DNA of 64,000 bases from Botryllus schlosseri (Eukaryota), in assembly GCA_051294905.1 (NCBI GenBank), contig CM119371.1, positions 4,776,001-4,840,000 on the forward strand, in the 5' to 3' direction. A program made the translations under genes and the position numbers. The notes beneath the pieces are model-generated. The model was given only the letters and a program-made list of their open reading frames with translations. It had not been told where the DNA came from and did not search any database. This document shows positions 51,810 to 63,770 of the stretch, in pieces. Each line of letters begins with the position of its first letter. Positions within the stretch are counted from its first letter, which is position 1.

Positions 51810-52955
51810 GTAACATTGTATGCAGTAGTGCATTCGTAAATAATCTTCGAGAATGATGTCAGAACCAGAGCCGACCGATGATTGGTTTGCTAATTTTGGG
51901 ATAAAACTATGCACCTTATGTACCACTAACGTAAAATGATTGATGGCGGTACAAGCTCTCGAAAGTGGACTTGTACAAACTACTGGATTTTCAACATGCA
52001 CAACAAGAATTAGAATTGCTCACTTTTCCTAATTCTCTACTTGAACCAAGGACCATTGAAAATCTGCTACCAACTAACTAATGCATAACTCATTAATGAT
52101 TATTTCGTTACTAAATTACAAATGAGCTGAGAAATATCGGGGATAGAATTGGCATCTCAAATTGACGGGGTTTCGAGCTCAAAACGGGGGTGGTTTCGAC
52201 CAACCCTGCCTATACTACTTTAGGGCTGGATGACACTGAGTTAGGGCTGCAATGATTCGAGTCATGACTCGACTCGACCCAAACTCAAGTCACACTTATT
52301 TGGTGACTCGACCTAACTCGAGTCATATGACTCAAGACCAGGACTATCACTGTAGCTTCGAAGAATAGTAAAGTCACCACATGATTGGTATTTTGTATAT
52401 CAGTCCTGATACTGGAAAAAAGGGCCAGAAACTGTTAAACTGAGGAAATTAACGATATTATGAATGCGAGCCATTCTATATCACTCGAAGAGAATTGGAA
52501 AAAGTATATTGTACTGATAACTGAACAGTGAACATAATGACTTGCACTCGTACTCAGTTTTCTACTCGCCAACTTGAACTCGGACTTGACTCGATGGTGA
52601 ATTGAAAATGACTCGACTTGATTCGAGTGAAGACTATAAATGTGAGATTGACTTGTGACTAGGTTACAACCCTGCTCTGAGCTAGCAAAGGCTGCAAAAA
52701 TATCATGCAACAGAACACCGGTATCATGACGACATACATTTTCGAGTTGTCGGCAACTACATTTATTTGAATGAACCACTCGCTATTCAAGATCTGCAAT
52801 TACAACTGGAACAACTTGCTTTTAATTTTTTTACTATGCAACTAAAACCTGAACTCCTCAAAATGGCAGTAGTTTGTTGACCATCAACTACCTGGATTGG
52901 TAGTTTGTACAAATCAGTATACCTCAGTAATTGAATACGAAATTTGTATCGACAG

Positions 52956-53150
52956 CTTGGAATCTATTCCTGAACAAGATGGAGGTGAAGATCGGAGATC
53001 TCGTAGAGATGTCATCCTGGCAACCAAAGTCGACTTTGACGGCGAAACAAAAGAATACTTTTTGTGGCACACTCAAGTATATTGCCCGGAAGTTGTTGGA
53101 AAGAATGGGCACAGTTTCGATGTGGAGACCTGGTCGCTGGGCTGTGTTTT
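52956..53150 (+). pseudogene. PLK1-like pseudo-exon 'C' (DFG, T-loop, APE)
   Basis: Frameshifted NLFLNKMEVKIGD..LATKVDFDG..KNTFCGTLKYIA/PEVVGKNGHSFDVETWSLGCV|gtgag, versus PLK1 [62 protein letters not shown]. Confidence 0.92.
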
Positions 53151-53203
53151 GTGAGTATATAAGAACATTCATGTGAAACTTTATTAAACGGGAATAGCTA
53201 GGG

Positions 53204-54573
53204 CAGGGGTTCTCAACCCGCGGGCCGCATGCGACCCGCAGACGTTTGTTTTGCGGCCCGCGACATCTTTCACTATGAACGCAATCACTGCTGGCACGGT
53301 ATTTTCACATAATAATTTAGTCACTTTTAGTTCTCTTATCGCACCGTATCTGTTTCGTTTAAATACTCATTCTTTGATGTGTTCTGGTCTCTTGATATAT
53401 GCTCGAGTTTAGATTGTTATCTTTTTGAATCTGTATATGTCAGGACTCAGGTTTAAGAGATTCCCGCTTCACTCACTGCGAATGGTTTGGACAGAGACAA
53501 GAACAGGGGAGGGGAAATTAAACGGTGAAAACTGGGTTTGTAACTCCGCGTGGAACAATGAAATTGCTTTCTCAGATATAAATGGAAAACCGATCAGTCA
53601 TATTTGTTGAAGAACTGTAGCGTAGAAGATTAAAATGATACCACAAAACATTTTTCCGGATTTACATATCGCCTGTTCTTAGAAAAAACGCTGCTAGTTG
53701 GTGTCAAGCCCAGCGATTCATATTTCGAGGCATTTTTAAAATTGCCTACGATGTTACAGACGCATTGGAATATCGCTAAACCCAAGAAATCTGCTAGAGA
53801 AGGTGTGATTACAATAAAACTTTAACATATTGTGCGAGTATTCGCTGTTTCCGGAACTTAGCAGCGAGGACAACATTACCTGACAAATTTCGAAGCTACA
53901 GTTGTCTGATTCAACCGCCGTGACCAGAAGAGTAGCAGCAATGTCAGTTGATCTTTTATCGCATGTTCTGAAACACGTTGCGGCGTAGACTAATTTAGCA
54001 TAGCATTGAACGAATCCACCGACTTCACAGACATTGCATAGCTAATTTTCTGGGTGCATTTTTTCTGAGTGGACATATTTGCATAAGAAATACTGGAAAG
54101 GCAAACGTGGGTAGGGGAAATGCTCAGAAATGACCCATAAACGTCAGACTTCTTCTCATATCACTGAGAGCTCAAAGTGATAATGGCCTCTGTAACGAAA
54201 AAGTTAGCACAATTTATACTTGTTCGCTCACGCATTGAAACAGAGAGATCCGTTGTTTGGTGGAAGGGTTTGAAGGTACATATACCGACTTGGCAATGGA
54301 TGCAATGCACGATCCATGAAGGAATTTATACTTGCGCCGCAGGAAGATACATATTCTCACAAAAACAGCAATTGTAAACTTACGAATGCTGTCCATTAAT
54401 GCTTTAGAATGCATAAAAATTGACTAAACGCCCGTATACGGCTGGTAAATATGGGCTACAGTAGCCCAAATTTAACAGTAATCCACAAATACATATTAAT
54501 AATGTTCTGCGGCACGCGGAGTCTTCTGATGTTAAAATGCGGCCCGTTATACGTGGGAAGTTGAGAACCCCTG
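53204..54573 (+). mobile_element. hAT (Buster/Charlie-type) internally deleted transposon
   Basis: TIRs CAGGGGTTCTCAAC; perfect TSD AGCTAGGG. Same family as 9205-10518 (WNNEIAFSDINGKPISHIC, LQLSDST, SIALNESTD). Confidence 0.93.
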
Positions 54574-54929
54574 AGCTAGGGTCTCAGGGTAAGGACTGGG
54601 AAAATTGGAGCATCTGAGTGATTTGATTCTGAATCCAGTATTAGCCTTTGAGTCGACTATCCGAGTATCACTTAATATGATGTCATAACAGTATAAATGA
54701 TGTGGGAAGCACAGATAGTACCTTTTACGCGGTCACAAATAGTATACTGTCAATTCTGCATCACATTGAATATTATTTGGTGTTGTTTCGACCGCACCTA
54801 TTTCATTGTACTCTGTTGCAATGCTGTGGGTAGATTACAACTTCACAGATATGTCATTCCATTAACTTGTGTGGCTTTGTACTGCATGTTTTGTATGCTC
54901 TGATACGATTAATAGACTATTACTATTTC

Positions 54930-55497
54930 GATTAATCGATTCACCGATTAAATTTCTAGGTTGCCTAAAAAAGCCTGCACATCGAATTTCGCTCATTTCT
55001 AATAGCCGAAGCCGCGGCAGAGCCAATTGAAAATTGTGAAAATAATCGACGTGGTTCTCGGAGGTACAGCCAAAAATACTCAGGTTCATAAAATGAAAAC
55101 AAATTCAAATTTTTCTGATAATCTCATGAAATTGTCAAGTTGCCTGAAAGAACGATGCATAACAGTTTTGCTCACTCCTAGCCAGCAGAATCGAAGTTAT
55201 TGCAGTTGAAAATTTTGTATATGCAAAAATAGCATTAACGGTGACTAGGCCCAATCCCAGATTTATTGAATAAAATCTCTAATAACTTTGCTTCTACGGG
55301 TTGGAATTGCGTCAAATTTATTTTGCAAGCAAAGAAAAAATTAATTTTCTTGATAAATTGAAAAATTTTGCTGTGCTCGGCCGTGGCTTTGGCTGGTGAA
55401 TTGAGCCAAATTTGGTGCGCAGCCTTTTTTGGCAACCTAACAATTTAATCTATGAATCCACGGAATCTGAAAAAGTTTCTTTTAAACGACCATAGTG
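54930..55497. mobile_element. Possible Transib-like MITE remnant
   Basis: The right end reads CACTATGG on the minus strand. There is an imperfect subterminal inverted repeat (54933-54980 vs 55415-55459) and a related copy at ~28290-28640. The left terminus and TSD are not resolved. Confidence 0.4.
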
Positions 55498-55934
55498 GAC
55501 AGTGCTATCAAAACTATGATGTTTGCCGAGCAGCAAGGAACGTATCATTTTGATGCTTGAAAAAATCATTCCTCGACTCGAATCATTGTGCCTTAGCTAC
55601 TGCATATTGCTCAGACTTCTAACGTTATTATCAACGAGACTTGGCAAAATCCAGCATCACGGTGATTGGATCACGTGTTAAATATTAAGCGTCAAGCATC
55701 GTGGTGATTGGATCACAGGGCCTGTAGCCTGTATCGTGCCAATAAACTGTGCGAATTCTAGTTCTTGTCTGGCTCCATGCTGAGTATAGACTGTCTTATT
55801 ATAAGGTCATAAAACCTACCAATCCCTATTTTAACCTAATATTGGTTTTGCAAAGAAAATGAATTTTTCAGCCCTCGTCACATTTGCATTACTATGATTT
55901 CAAAGTTGTATCATCTAATTTCTTAACTTGACAG

Positions 55935-56082
55935 GTGTTACTAATACAGAGACACAGAAGCACATATGTGACAAACATCATTTGCAGTACCGAATCATCG
56001 GATTTTCGTATGGCAGAATTGGAAGCTCAGCTTGAGAAATTGACCTATACCCATCCAAGATTGCAGTCAGCTATAAATATAG
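55935..56082 (+). pseudogene. PLK1-like inter-domain linker pseudo-exon 'F'
   Basis: cag|...STESSDFRMAELEAQLEKLTYTHPRLQSAINI|gt resembles PLK1 [27 protein letters not shown]. It has phase-1 ends and is frameshifted. Confidence 0.55.
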
Positions 56083-57023
56083 GTTGGTATTTATGTAATC
56101 AGTAGTTGATTTCATTTTGAATCGACCTCCCTCTTACATGTAAGCCTACTTGTACTAATCAGGGATTTTGACACCTTTCATGACTGTAGCGACAACTGAA
56201 AAATATCATAAATTATCTGTGCAAATCCAGTTCGTCAAATGACATTGACGCAAATCTGGTCGATATCTAGAAATCCATGTTATTCTCAAATTCATGTCAA
56301 GTTATAGAGATATGACAGTTCCAAATTACGGCTCTTGCTCGTATGTGACGTTGCTAAGAAGATTGTTGGGCTGTTCGAGCATTATTTTTCTTGATTCCAG
56401 TCAAATAGTTAGAAACGATCCGTTCCATCAAGGAAATCCTGCGCTCCTTGTCATTCAGAGTTGATTGATCAATGAAAATGATTGTTTCCATACTCATGTC
56501 CACTGTGCAAAGCTGTAAACCTCGATTGGTCGTATCCCAACATACTTGACATGTGGCACAAGCATGGCGCATATTACTGGAAATGACATACCGGTGAAGT
56601 CGTGATCAACCCACAGCATTGCCGAAGAGTGCAATGAAATAGATATGTTCAAAGGATACAAAATCGTTTTTAATGTGATGCAGGACCAGCATTATATTGG
56701 CTGTAGTTACATATTTGAACTTACCATGTCATCAACACTGGTATGGCATCATAATAAGCGCTACTCAAACACTCGACTCGAATCCTAATACTCGATTCAA
56801 TTTCAAATCACCCAGGTAATCGTTTTTGACAGCCCTACGTGTAACAAGTCTGATATCAAAATGGCACCATGAAATAAAATTTTATCGGTTCAAAAAATTT
56901 GTTGTCGAGTTTTACCGGCCCGCCGAGTCGAAAAGGATGAGAACCCCTGATTTAGATTTTCCCAACAGATAGTTTTGTTGTTTTCATCCTATTAATCCGA
57001 TTAGCTTTGATTGATGTTTTCAG

Positions 57024-57148
57024 TCGCTGATGAAAGTTTACAAAAAAGACGCGCCATCACGGAAGCAGAGACTCGTTATTGCATGCAACAGATTCTGATT
57101 AACGTCGTTCATCTTCACGATTGTAAGATCATTGACAGAGGTATCAAG
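57024..57148 (+). pseudogene. PLK1-like pseudo-exon 'B'
   Basis: cag|SLMKVYKK/RAITEAETRYCMQQILINVVHLHDCKIIDRGIK|gtaa; 125 bp (1-nt deletion). Confidence 0.88.
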
Positions 57149-57750
57149 GTAAAAATTGTAGTGTAGTTGTCTAATAAAACTAATCAAGCGAATGCCTGTA
57201 ATCTAATTCTAATCTAATTTGTCCTAATTTTTTATGTTATCATTCTAATTTCTGGTTTTCCTGAAATTGCGACAGGAGAACTGTATCGTTCGAAACTAGC
57301 CAAACTCGATGTACAAACATTTGACATTTTCGTGCTTATGAGTATAAATTCTGATTTGATATGAGCTGAACTTCATTCGATGTCAAAGCTTTTGTCAATT
57401 CAGTAATTCTAATCTAATCTAATTTTCAAAAATCTGTAGCTAACATTGTAATATTCTGATTTGGGTAAAGCTACGTAGCTATAATTCTGATTCTATTCTC
57501 TAATATGGATAACAAAAACTTAGTAGCTGTGATTTCAATCCTCATCAAATTTGGAAAGCTGAAAATTTTCTAGTTGATCAAGTCTACAAATAGGCTTATC
57601 CTGATACTTGAGTCTCTTCCTATCGAACTACAGGAATAGTTTACTATTTCAAATCCAAATCTTAATTGCTATTATAATTTTAAATCCACAAATCATGATT
57701 CCCAAACAATCTCATAAAAATATGAGACTAGCTGTGATTTTATTACTATT

Positions 57751-57922
57751 TGTGATTTTGTCACTAGAATATTGGCATGCGACTAGTGCGAGCGAGCGAG
57801 TATTTCAATGGCTACATTTCACGGAAACTGCGCACAACCTGCTTGACCATGGCGTCCAGGTTCTTGGAAAGCCAACTACAGCGACCTCAATAGACTAAGG
57901 CGACCTCTATAGAGTTTGAACA
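57751..57922 (+). pseudogene. PLK1-like pseudo-exon 'E'
   Basis: DFVTRILACD*..SEYFNGYISRKLRTTCLTMASRFLESQLQ..RRPL*SLN|gtaag. Confidence 0.78.
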
Positions 57923-58374
57923 GTAAGATTTTTTTTCTAGCTCTTAGCAAATTAGAGTTTGTGTTTGATTCGATTCTGAATCGAGTGTAACGTTTCGAGT
58001 CGCGTACTTGAGTCTCGTTCACTATAGCTGAAGTCCGACCGATATCTTATTTTGATCCAACTTCAATAAGTAGCACTTTCACCAATAACCCCGCTATATT
58101 CGACCTATATTGAAACAATATGGCAACTAGCGTAAGGCAAATTTCCAAACCTTCAGAGCATTGATTTAAACAACTTTGGGGCCGTTGCTAGAATTGGAAA
58201 TGAAATAAACTAGAAAGACTGCATCTTGTATGCAGAGGTAGTCGGTAACAATAGTAACCTACTTCATTTTTCAGAATACTCAAGTAGGTTTTGCCGTATA
58301 CTTGCTCTAATACTCGAGTCACTCAAATGTTTTTATTCTTGACCTTCCATCAGGATTGTCAGTATAGTTATCAG

Positions 58375-59057
58375 TATGGTGATTTTTGGTCCTAAAAAAA
58401 TAACAAATTTGACCTAAACAAACTGAATTTTGACCTAACGTATGCCAATTAGGTGTCTTCCCACATAATGTTAAAATTGTTCCATTTATCTTCATTTCAG
58501 GTTGGAACTGGCTGTCCTAACGAAGTAGATTGGCCTGAACAAACATTTTTGGCTTGAAAAAACCTATATTTTTACGGCCCGGTGAAGAATTCCAGTGGTT
58601 AGCTTGCCAAAGACGTTCAACAGCAGCAATTGTTGGCTGACAACATTCAAGTTTTGGGTACACTGCTGGTGACACACCGTGTTGCTTCATTCTGAAACTG
58701 TTGTCTACATCACAATTTTCATTATGCGCTTCCTAATATAAGAATGATGCAATGACCAAGAAGTCTTTCTTCAATTAGGATATCGCGGTACGTTGACCAT
58801 AACACCACGTCTACCTATTTGTTTATTTGATCGTTTATGATTCACAATCAGCAGACAATTAGCTACTTACAACGGTAGGCCTATAAAGAAGGCAACAAGC
58901 TGTAAAATATCAAATGATAAGTTCACCGACAGTGCAAAATCTATGATACTAACGAAATGCAGACGTCAAAATAATTTTGACTTTATGAACAATTTTGACA
59001 AATTTTGACCTAACTCTACAATTTTGACAAATTTTGAAAGGTAAAAAAACCACCCTA
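58375..59057. mobile_element. Old TAGGG-ended hAT MITE
   Basis: TATGGTGATTTTT / AAAAACCACCCTA termini; flanks GTTATCAG/GTTATCAA; TTTGAC subterminal repeats. Confidence 0.65.
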
Positions 59058-59723
59058 GTTATCAATGCAATCTCCTAAACGTTCTAGAAACAAATTTCTT
59101 TCGTGATAGCACACGATTCCACGTTGTTATTTCTATATGGAGTACATCATTTCTCCCCGCTGCTCGCATCGCTTCTGTACTGTGGGGCTCAGATTGATAA
59201 GGACATTACTACATTAAAATCTAAAAATGAAGTCTCATTGAATCGCACGTAGCGCGAAGAAAATTTCAAGATCAATTAAATCTTGCAAAGATTAATTAAT
59301 CTCTCAAAAATTAGGGAACCAATTCGTAAATTCAATTGTTATGTCGACGGCCGCCAACACATACTAATTGAATTTTGTGTACACGGCCGCACAAATTTTC
59401 TTCTACGGTTGGTTGACCACGCTTGCACTAGAACTATCCTTTAAAAATCCCCAACTAATAACTGATGATAAGAATTACTGAATTGTAAATGAGCTAAGAA
59501 ATATTGGAGATAGACTCGGCATTTCAATAGGACGGGGTTTCCAGTTTGAAATGAGAGGGCCCCGACTACACTATTCCTAGTAGTGATGATTCTTAGCTGA
59601 CTGCAAGCGCATCGCACTACAGATCACCGGTATCGTGATTGACGCAAAATGTGCAATTCGAACGAGAACTAGTCGGCCCTCACTTTTCAAAATTCGCGAC
59701 TAAAACTAGTATCTGAATTCCAG

Positions 59724-59861
59724 GCATTGCTCGTGAATGAGCATGAGAAAGACAAAATGTCTCTCCACCACAGTTTGGATCACAAGCCCGTCGGTGGATT
59801 TCACGGAATTTTTCAAGACAAGGATTTTGTCTACATCGTTCTCGAGTTGTGCAAAAGAAGG
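59724..59861 (+). pseudogene. PLK1-like pseudo-exon 'A' (open frame, 12-nt deletion)
   Basis: cag|ALLVNEHEKDKMSLHHSLDHKPVGGFHGIFQDKDFVYIVLELCKRR|gtaa. It lacks the four codons that include the alphaC Glu. Confidence 0.9.
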
Positions 59862-60504
59862 GTAAAAGCTTGATTATGTTGTTAACTGAAGTCAAGCAAA
59901 CGTATTTTGATTAACAGTATTTCTTGTGCGAAAAGCTGTAATTCTAATTCTAAGGACATTTGGAAAAACGGTACAAAGATAAAGATTGTGTGACTATAAG
60001 CTAGTTGGGAAAAGCTGAAAGTTTTCTAGTTACACAACTCTGATCACGGGGGCTGGTCGCAATGATTTGAGTGCTCGGATCTGAATCGAGTAATTTATCA
60101 AATGATTCGAGTCAAGTGGTAGGATACAGTTTTGCATAAGGTACTGAAATGATACGCTCCTTGCCAGAAGAGTCAAAATGATCAATGAACCTAGCTAAAC
60201 CTACCTGAGAGGTAATTTCCCAATGAGAATTATGGTTTCGAAAGGATTTCTCACTGTGGAAGGATGTAAATCTCGATTGATCGTATCTTAGCATACGAAA
60301 CATGCAGTACAAAGCTACTGACGTTACTGGAAATGACATATCTGTAAAGTCGTGATCAAGCCACAGCATCGTCAAAAAGTGCAATGAAATAGGTGTGGTC
60401 CAAGAAGCTGCAAAACTGGCATTGCATTCTTTGTGGTCACATTAAAGGTACATATTCTAGATTGACTACTAGACTTCAAGTAAGAACTTGAGTATCATCT
60501 ATAA

Positions 60505-61260
60505 CAGCGGTTCTCAACCGGGGGTCGGCTAAGCATTTTCAGGGGGTCCGCGAAGCCTCAAAATAATTGATAACCCAATTTTGTTTTAAATTCAGAAAAT
60601 TACGAGGCAGTTTGGGTTCATTATACTAGTAAAACTACAGAGCTCACATTAACAGAATGGCCATCTGAGATTAAATATCCTACCCTGTGCAGACTCATTT
60701 CAATTGCCAATAGCCTACTGATACAAAAATTCTGCTGTTTAGAAATGTTTTGTTAGGAATTGTGAAAAAAAGTTTGATGAGTAGGCTGAAGTCAATCACG
60801 AGACTTCGAAATGTTTACAAAAATCATTTTTCCATGATAACTTCGAGATAAGCTGCTAGAATGCTAGATAGAAAGGACCAGGCTTGACGGTATATATTCA
60901 TTAAAACATTTGTTTGTCAATTTTGGTACCATATTGGTTGCGATTATACCCATATGCGTCGTCGGAAGCGTTATGTGCTAATATTAAATTCGCCACCACA
61001 TATGTTTGTGCAAATGGAATTTCGGCACTCGTTCATATCAAATCAAAAGCGCGGATTTTCAAGACCCGACCCCGTACATTTCAAGAAATGCAGTTACGGA
61101 ATTCGATTTGAAATAATAGAAGTCAACCCGAGTTTTACATGAATAGTTTGATCTTATTTTCAAGAAAAGTCATTTTGTGACTGTTTAACTTCGTGGGGGT
61201 CCGCGGGGTCCGTGACGTTCCGAAAGGGGTCCGCGAAGACGAAAAGGTTGAGAACCACTG
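60505..61260. mobile_element. hAT (Charlie-like) MITE
   Basis: TIRs CAG(C/T)GGTTCTCAACC; perfect TSD ATCTATAA; GGGGTCCG subterminal repeats. Confidence 0.92.
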
Positions 61261-61740
61261 ATCTATAATGACGTAGTAAGAACTCGAGTACCATCTATAA
61301 TGACGTCATAGGAGTATGAAAGATGTAGAAAGTTTAAGTATGTTACCGCAAACAATATAATGCCAGTTGCACATCACAATCAAGATAATTTTGTATTTTT
61401 TTGACCACACCTATTTTATTACGCTTTGTGACAATACTGTGGGTTGATCACCACTCACAGATATGTCACCGATGCTTACAGCCTTCTATAGTGGGAATTA
61501 TATTCAAATCACTCGGGTTCTTCATTTCACCAAGACCTACATAGGACATGTCTATTATCAAATAGGCAGCATTACATGTAATTTTTGATTAGACAGGTTC
61601 ACCGATATGCTAAATTAATCGTCAAATTTGACCAGCTCGCTAGCTGAAATAGGTTGAAAATCTCTGATTGAGATGTGCCCGACAAATGATATTGTTGATT
61701 TCATTCGGGCAATCCAATTAGCTTTGATTTTTGTTGCTAG

Positions 61741-61866
61741 TCGCTGATGGAACTTCACAAAAGTCGGTAAGTTATCACAGAAGCAGAGACTCGTTATGAC
61801 ATGCATCAAATTCTGCTTGGAGTCGTTTATCTTCACAAAGGTAAGATCATTCACACGGATATAAAG
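61741..61866 (+). pseudogene. PLK1-like pseudo-exon 'B'
   Basis: tag|SLMELHKSR*VITEAETRYDMHQILLGVVYLHKGKIIHTDIK|gtga. Confidence 0.9.
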
Positions 61867-62245
61867 GTGAAATTTGGTTGAAGTCATACCGTTTGCACAA
61901 ACTATTGAATTTATTGAAATGTGCTACTGGTACTAGAACTAGACTTGGTCACTTTCCAGAATTTTCAACTAGTGCTAGAACTAACGACAATTAAGAATCC
62001 ACAACAGACTACTTAACTAACATATGAATTACTGAATTGTAATGAACTGAGAAATAAGAACATCACACAACAAAAAAAAAGGTATCACGATTTACACGGA
62101 ACGTGTTTCCTAGCTGTCCGACAACTAAACTTTTCAAATCCGCATTTACAACTACTAAAAAAGCAGTCTTTTGATGGCCTCCAACTAACTAGATTGGTAA
62201 TTTGTACAAGTCTTGTGTAACTAAATGCGGAATTTGTATTGACAG

Positions 62246-62426
62246 TTGAAGAATCTCTTCCTGAGCAACAACATGAAGATTGGAGATTTGGCCTAGCTAC
62301 CGAGGTCGACTTTGACATCCAAAGAAAGGACACGTTCTGCGGCACATCCAACAATATTGCCCCGGAAGTTTTACGGAAGTAAGGACACAGTTTCGAAGTG
62401 GACACCCGGTCGATGGGTTGTGTTAT
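62246..62426 (+). pseudogene. PLK1-like pseudo-exon 'C'
   Basis: cag|[59 protein letters not shown]|gtgag. Confidence 0.92.
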
Positions 62427-62944
62427 GTGAGTATGATGCAATATTGGGGTTTCAAGGTTCTTTGGTGTGGACATGGAAAATATCCCGCACCCGAGTAATT
62501 CGATTCTGAATCGAGTCGAGTATTTGAGTAGCATTCATGACAGCGTTAACAACATTATGAATGAAGTACAAAATTCAAATTTGTACCTTTTATGCGGCCA
62601 CAAAGGATATAGCGTCAGTTCTACATCATAGGAAAGATAATTTTGTGTTTTTGCGGCCGTGCCTAATCCATTGCACTTTGTGACAATGCTGCGAGTTGAT
62701 GAGCGTGAATTCATCTCGAAACTCTAATTCTCGTTGATAAGTTAACTCTACTGTCAAGGAGCGTATCATCTCAGTACTTGAAAAAATGATCTCTCGCTAC
62801 CCAGCTCGAACTATCAGAATTGATACTCAATTCACATTCGAGCACTTCAATCATTGTGCCAAACCCTATTGGAAATTTCTGATATTAAGAGTCACCTGCC
62901 CAACAAACATTTCTCTTGGTAACTCGATGCATGCTTTGCTTTAG

Positions 62945-63714
62945 TATACATTGTTGGCCGCTAATTTACCGTTTGAGGGCCAGAATGGACTCAAGTCAAA
63001 TTGTGTAAACGGCATGTGACTTGTGACTCGAAGATAGTTACTTGACTTGACTCGAGTCACGATATGATGATAATGACTTCATATGACTTGTGACTAGAAA
63101 ATAGTAACTTGACTTGACTCGAGTCAAAATATGCAATGACTTGATATGACTTGTGACTCAAAATAGTAACTTGACTTGACTTGAGTCAAAATATGCAATG
63201 ACTCGATATGACTTGTGACTAGAAAATAGTAACTGGACTTGACTCGAGTCAAAATATGCAATGACTCGATATGACTTGTGAGTAAAAAATAATAACTTGA
63301 CTTGACTCGAGTCAAGATATGCAATGACTCGATATGACTTGTGACTAGTAAATAGTAACTTGACTTTACTCAGTCAGAATACTTCTGAATATAAAATAGT
63401 AACTTGACTTGACTCTAGTCAAGATATACAATGACTTGTGACTAGTAAATAGTAACTTGACTTGACTCTAGTCAAGATTGGGAAAGACTTGAGATGACTT
63501 GTAACTTGAAGTCGACTTGATCCCAACACAGAATGTTATCTATTTACCCATCTTAACGACCTGCCGCTAAGCAAGTTGTGTCCACAGCCAGTTTTTGCAA
63601 GGCGACATACCTCAACAACTACCGACCATCTGCTTGACTATCACCATCACATTATCACAACACATCAACTCGAGACAACGTTCAATGGTGAGGTTTTCAT
63701 AATTCTACGACAAG
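62945..63714 (+). pseudogene. PLK1-like pseudo-exon 'D/E' split by a repeat element
   Basis: tag|YTLLAANLPFEGQN (cf. YTLLVGKPPFETS). After 63530 it reads ECYLFTHLN..FLQGDIPQQLPTICLTI (cf. [16 protein letters not shown]). The 3' boundary is approximate. Confidence 0.7.
62988..63530. repeat. 63-bp minisatellite of GACTTGACTCGAGTC units, probably a hAT subterminal region
   Basis: About 8 units gacttgactcgagtcaaaatatgcaatgactcgatatgacttgtgactagaaaatagtaactt. The end GACTTGATCCCAACAC matches, in reverse, CAGTGTTGGGATAAAGTC at 33653. Related motifs occur at 52242-52673. Confidence 0.85.
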
Positions 63715-63770
63715 GTTGTGATAAATTGCGGAGCGGGCAGACTTGAACAACTATAGATCATTTTCAGCTA

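Noticed and set aside
59724..63714. Functional PLK1 gene
   Set aside because: The alphaC Glu is deleted, HRD is changed to HTD, exons B and C have stops and a frameshift, and no first exon or polo-box exon is found.
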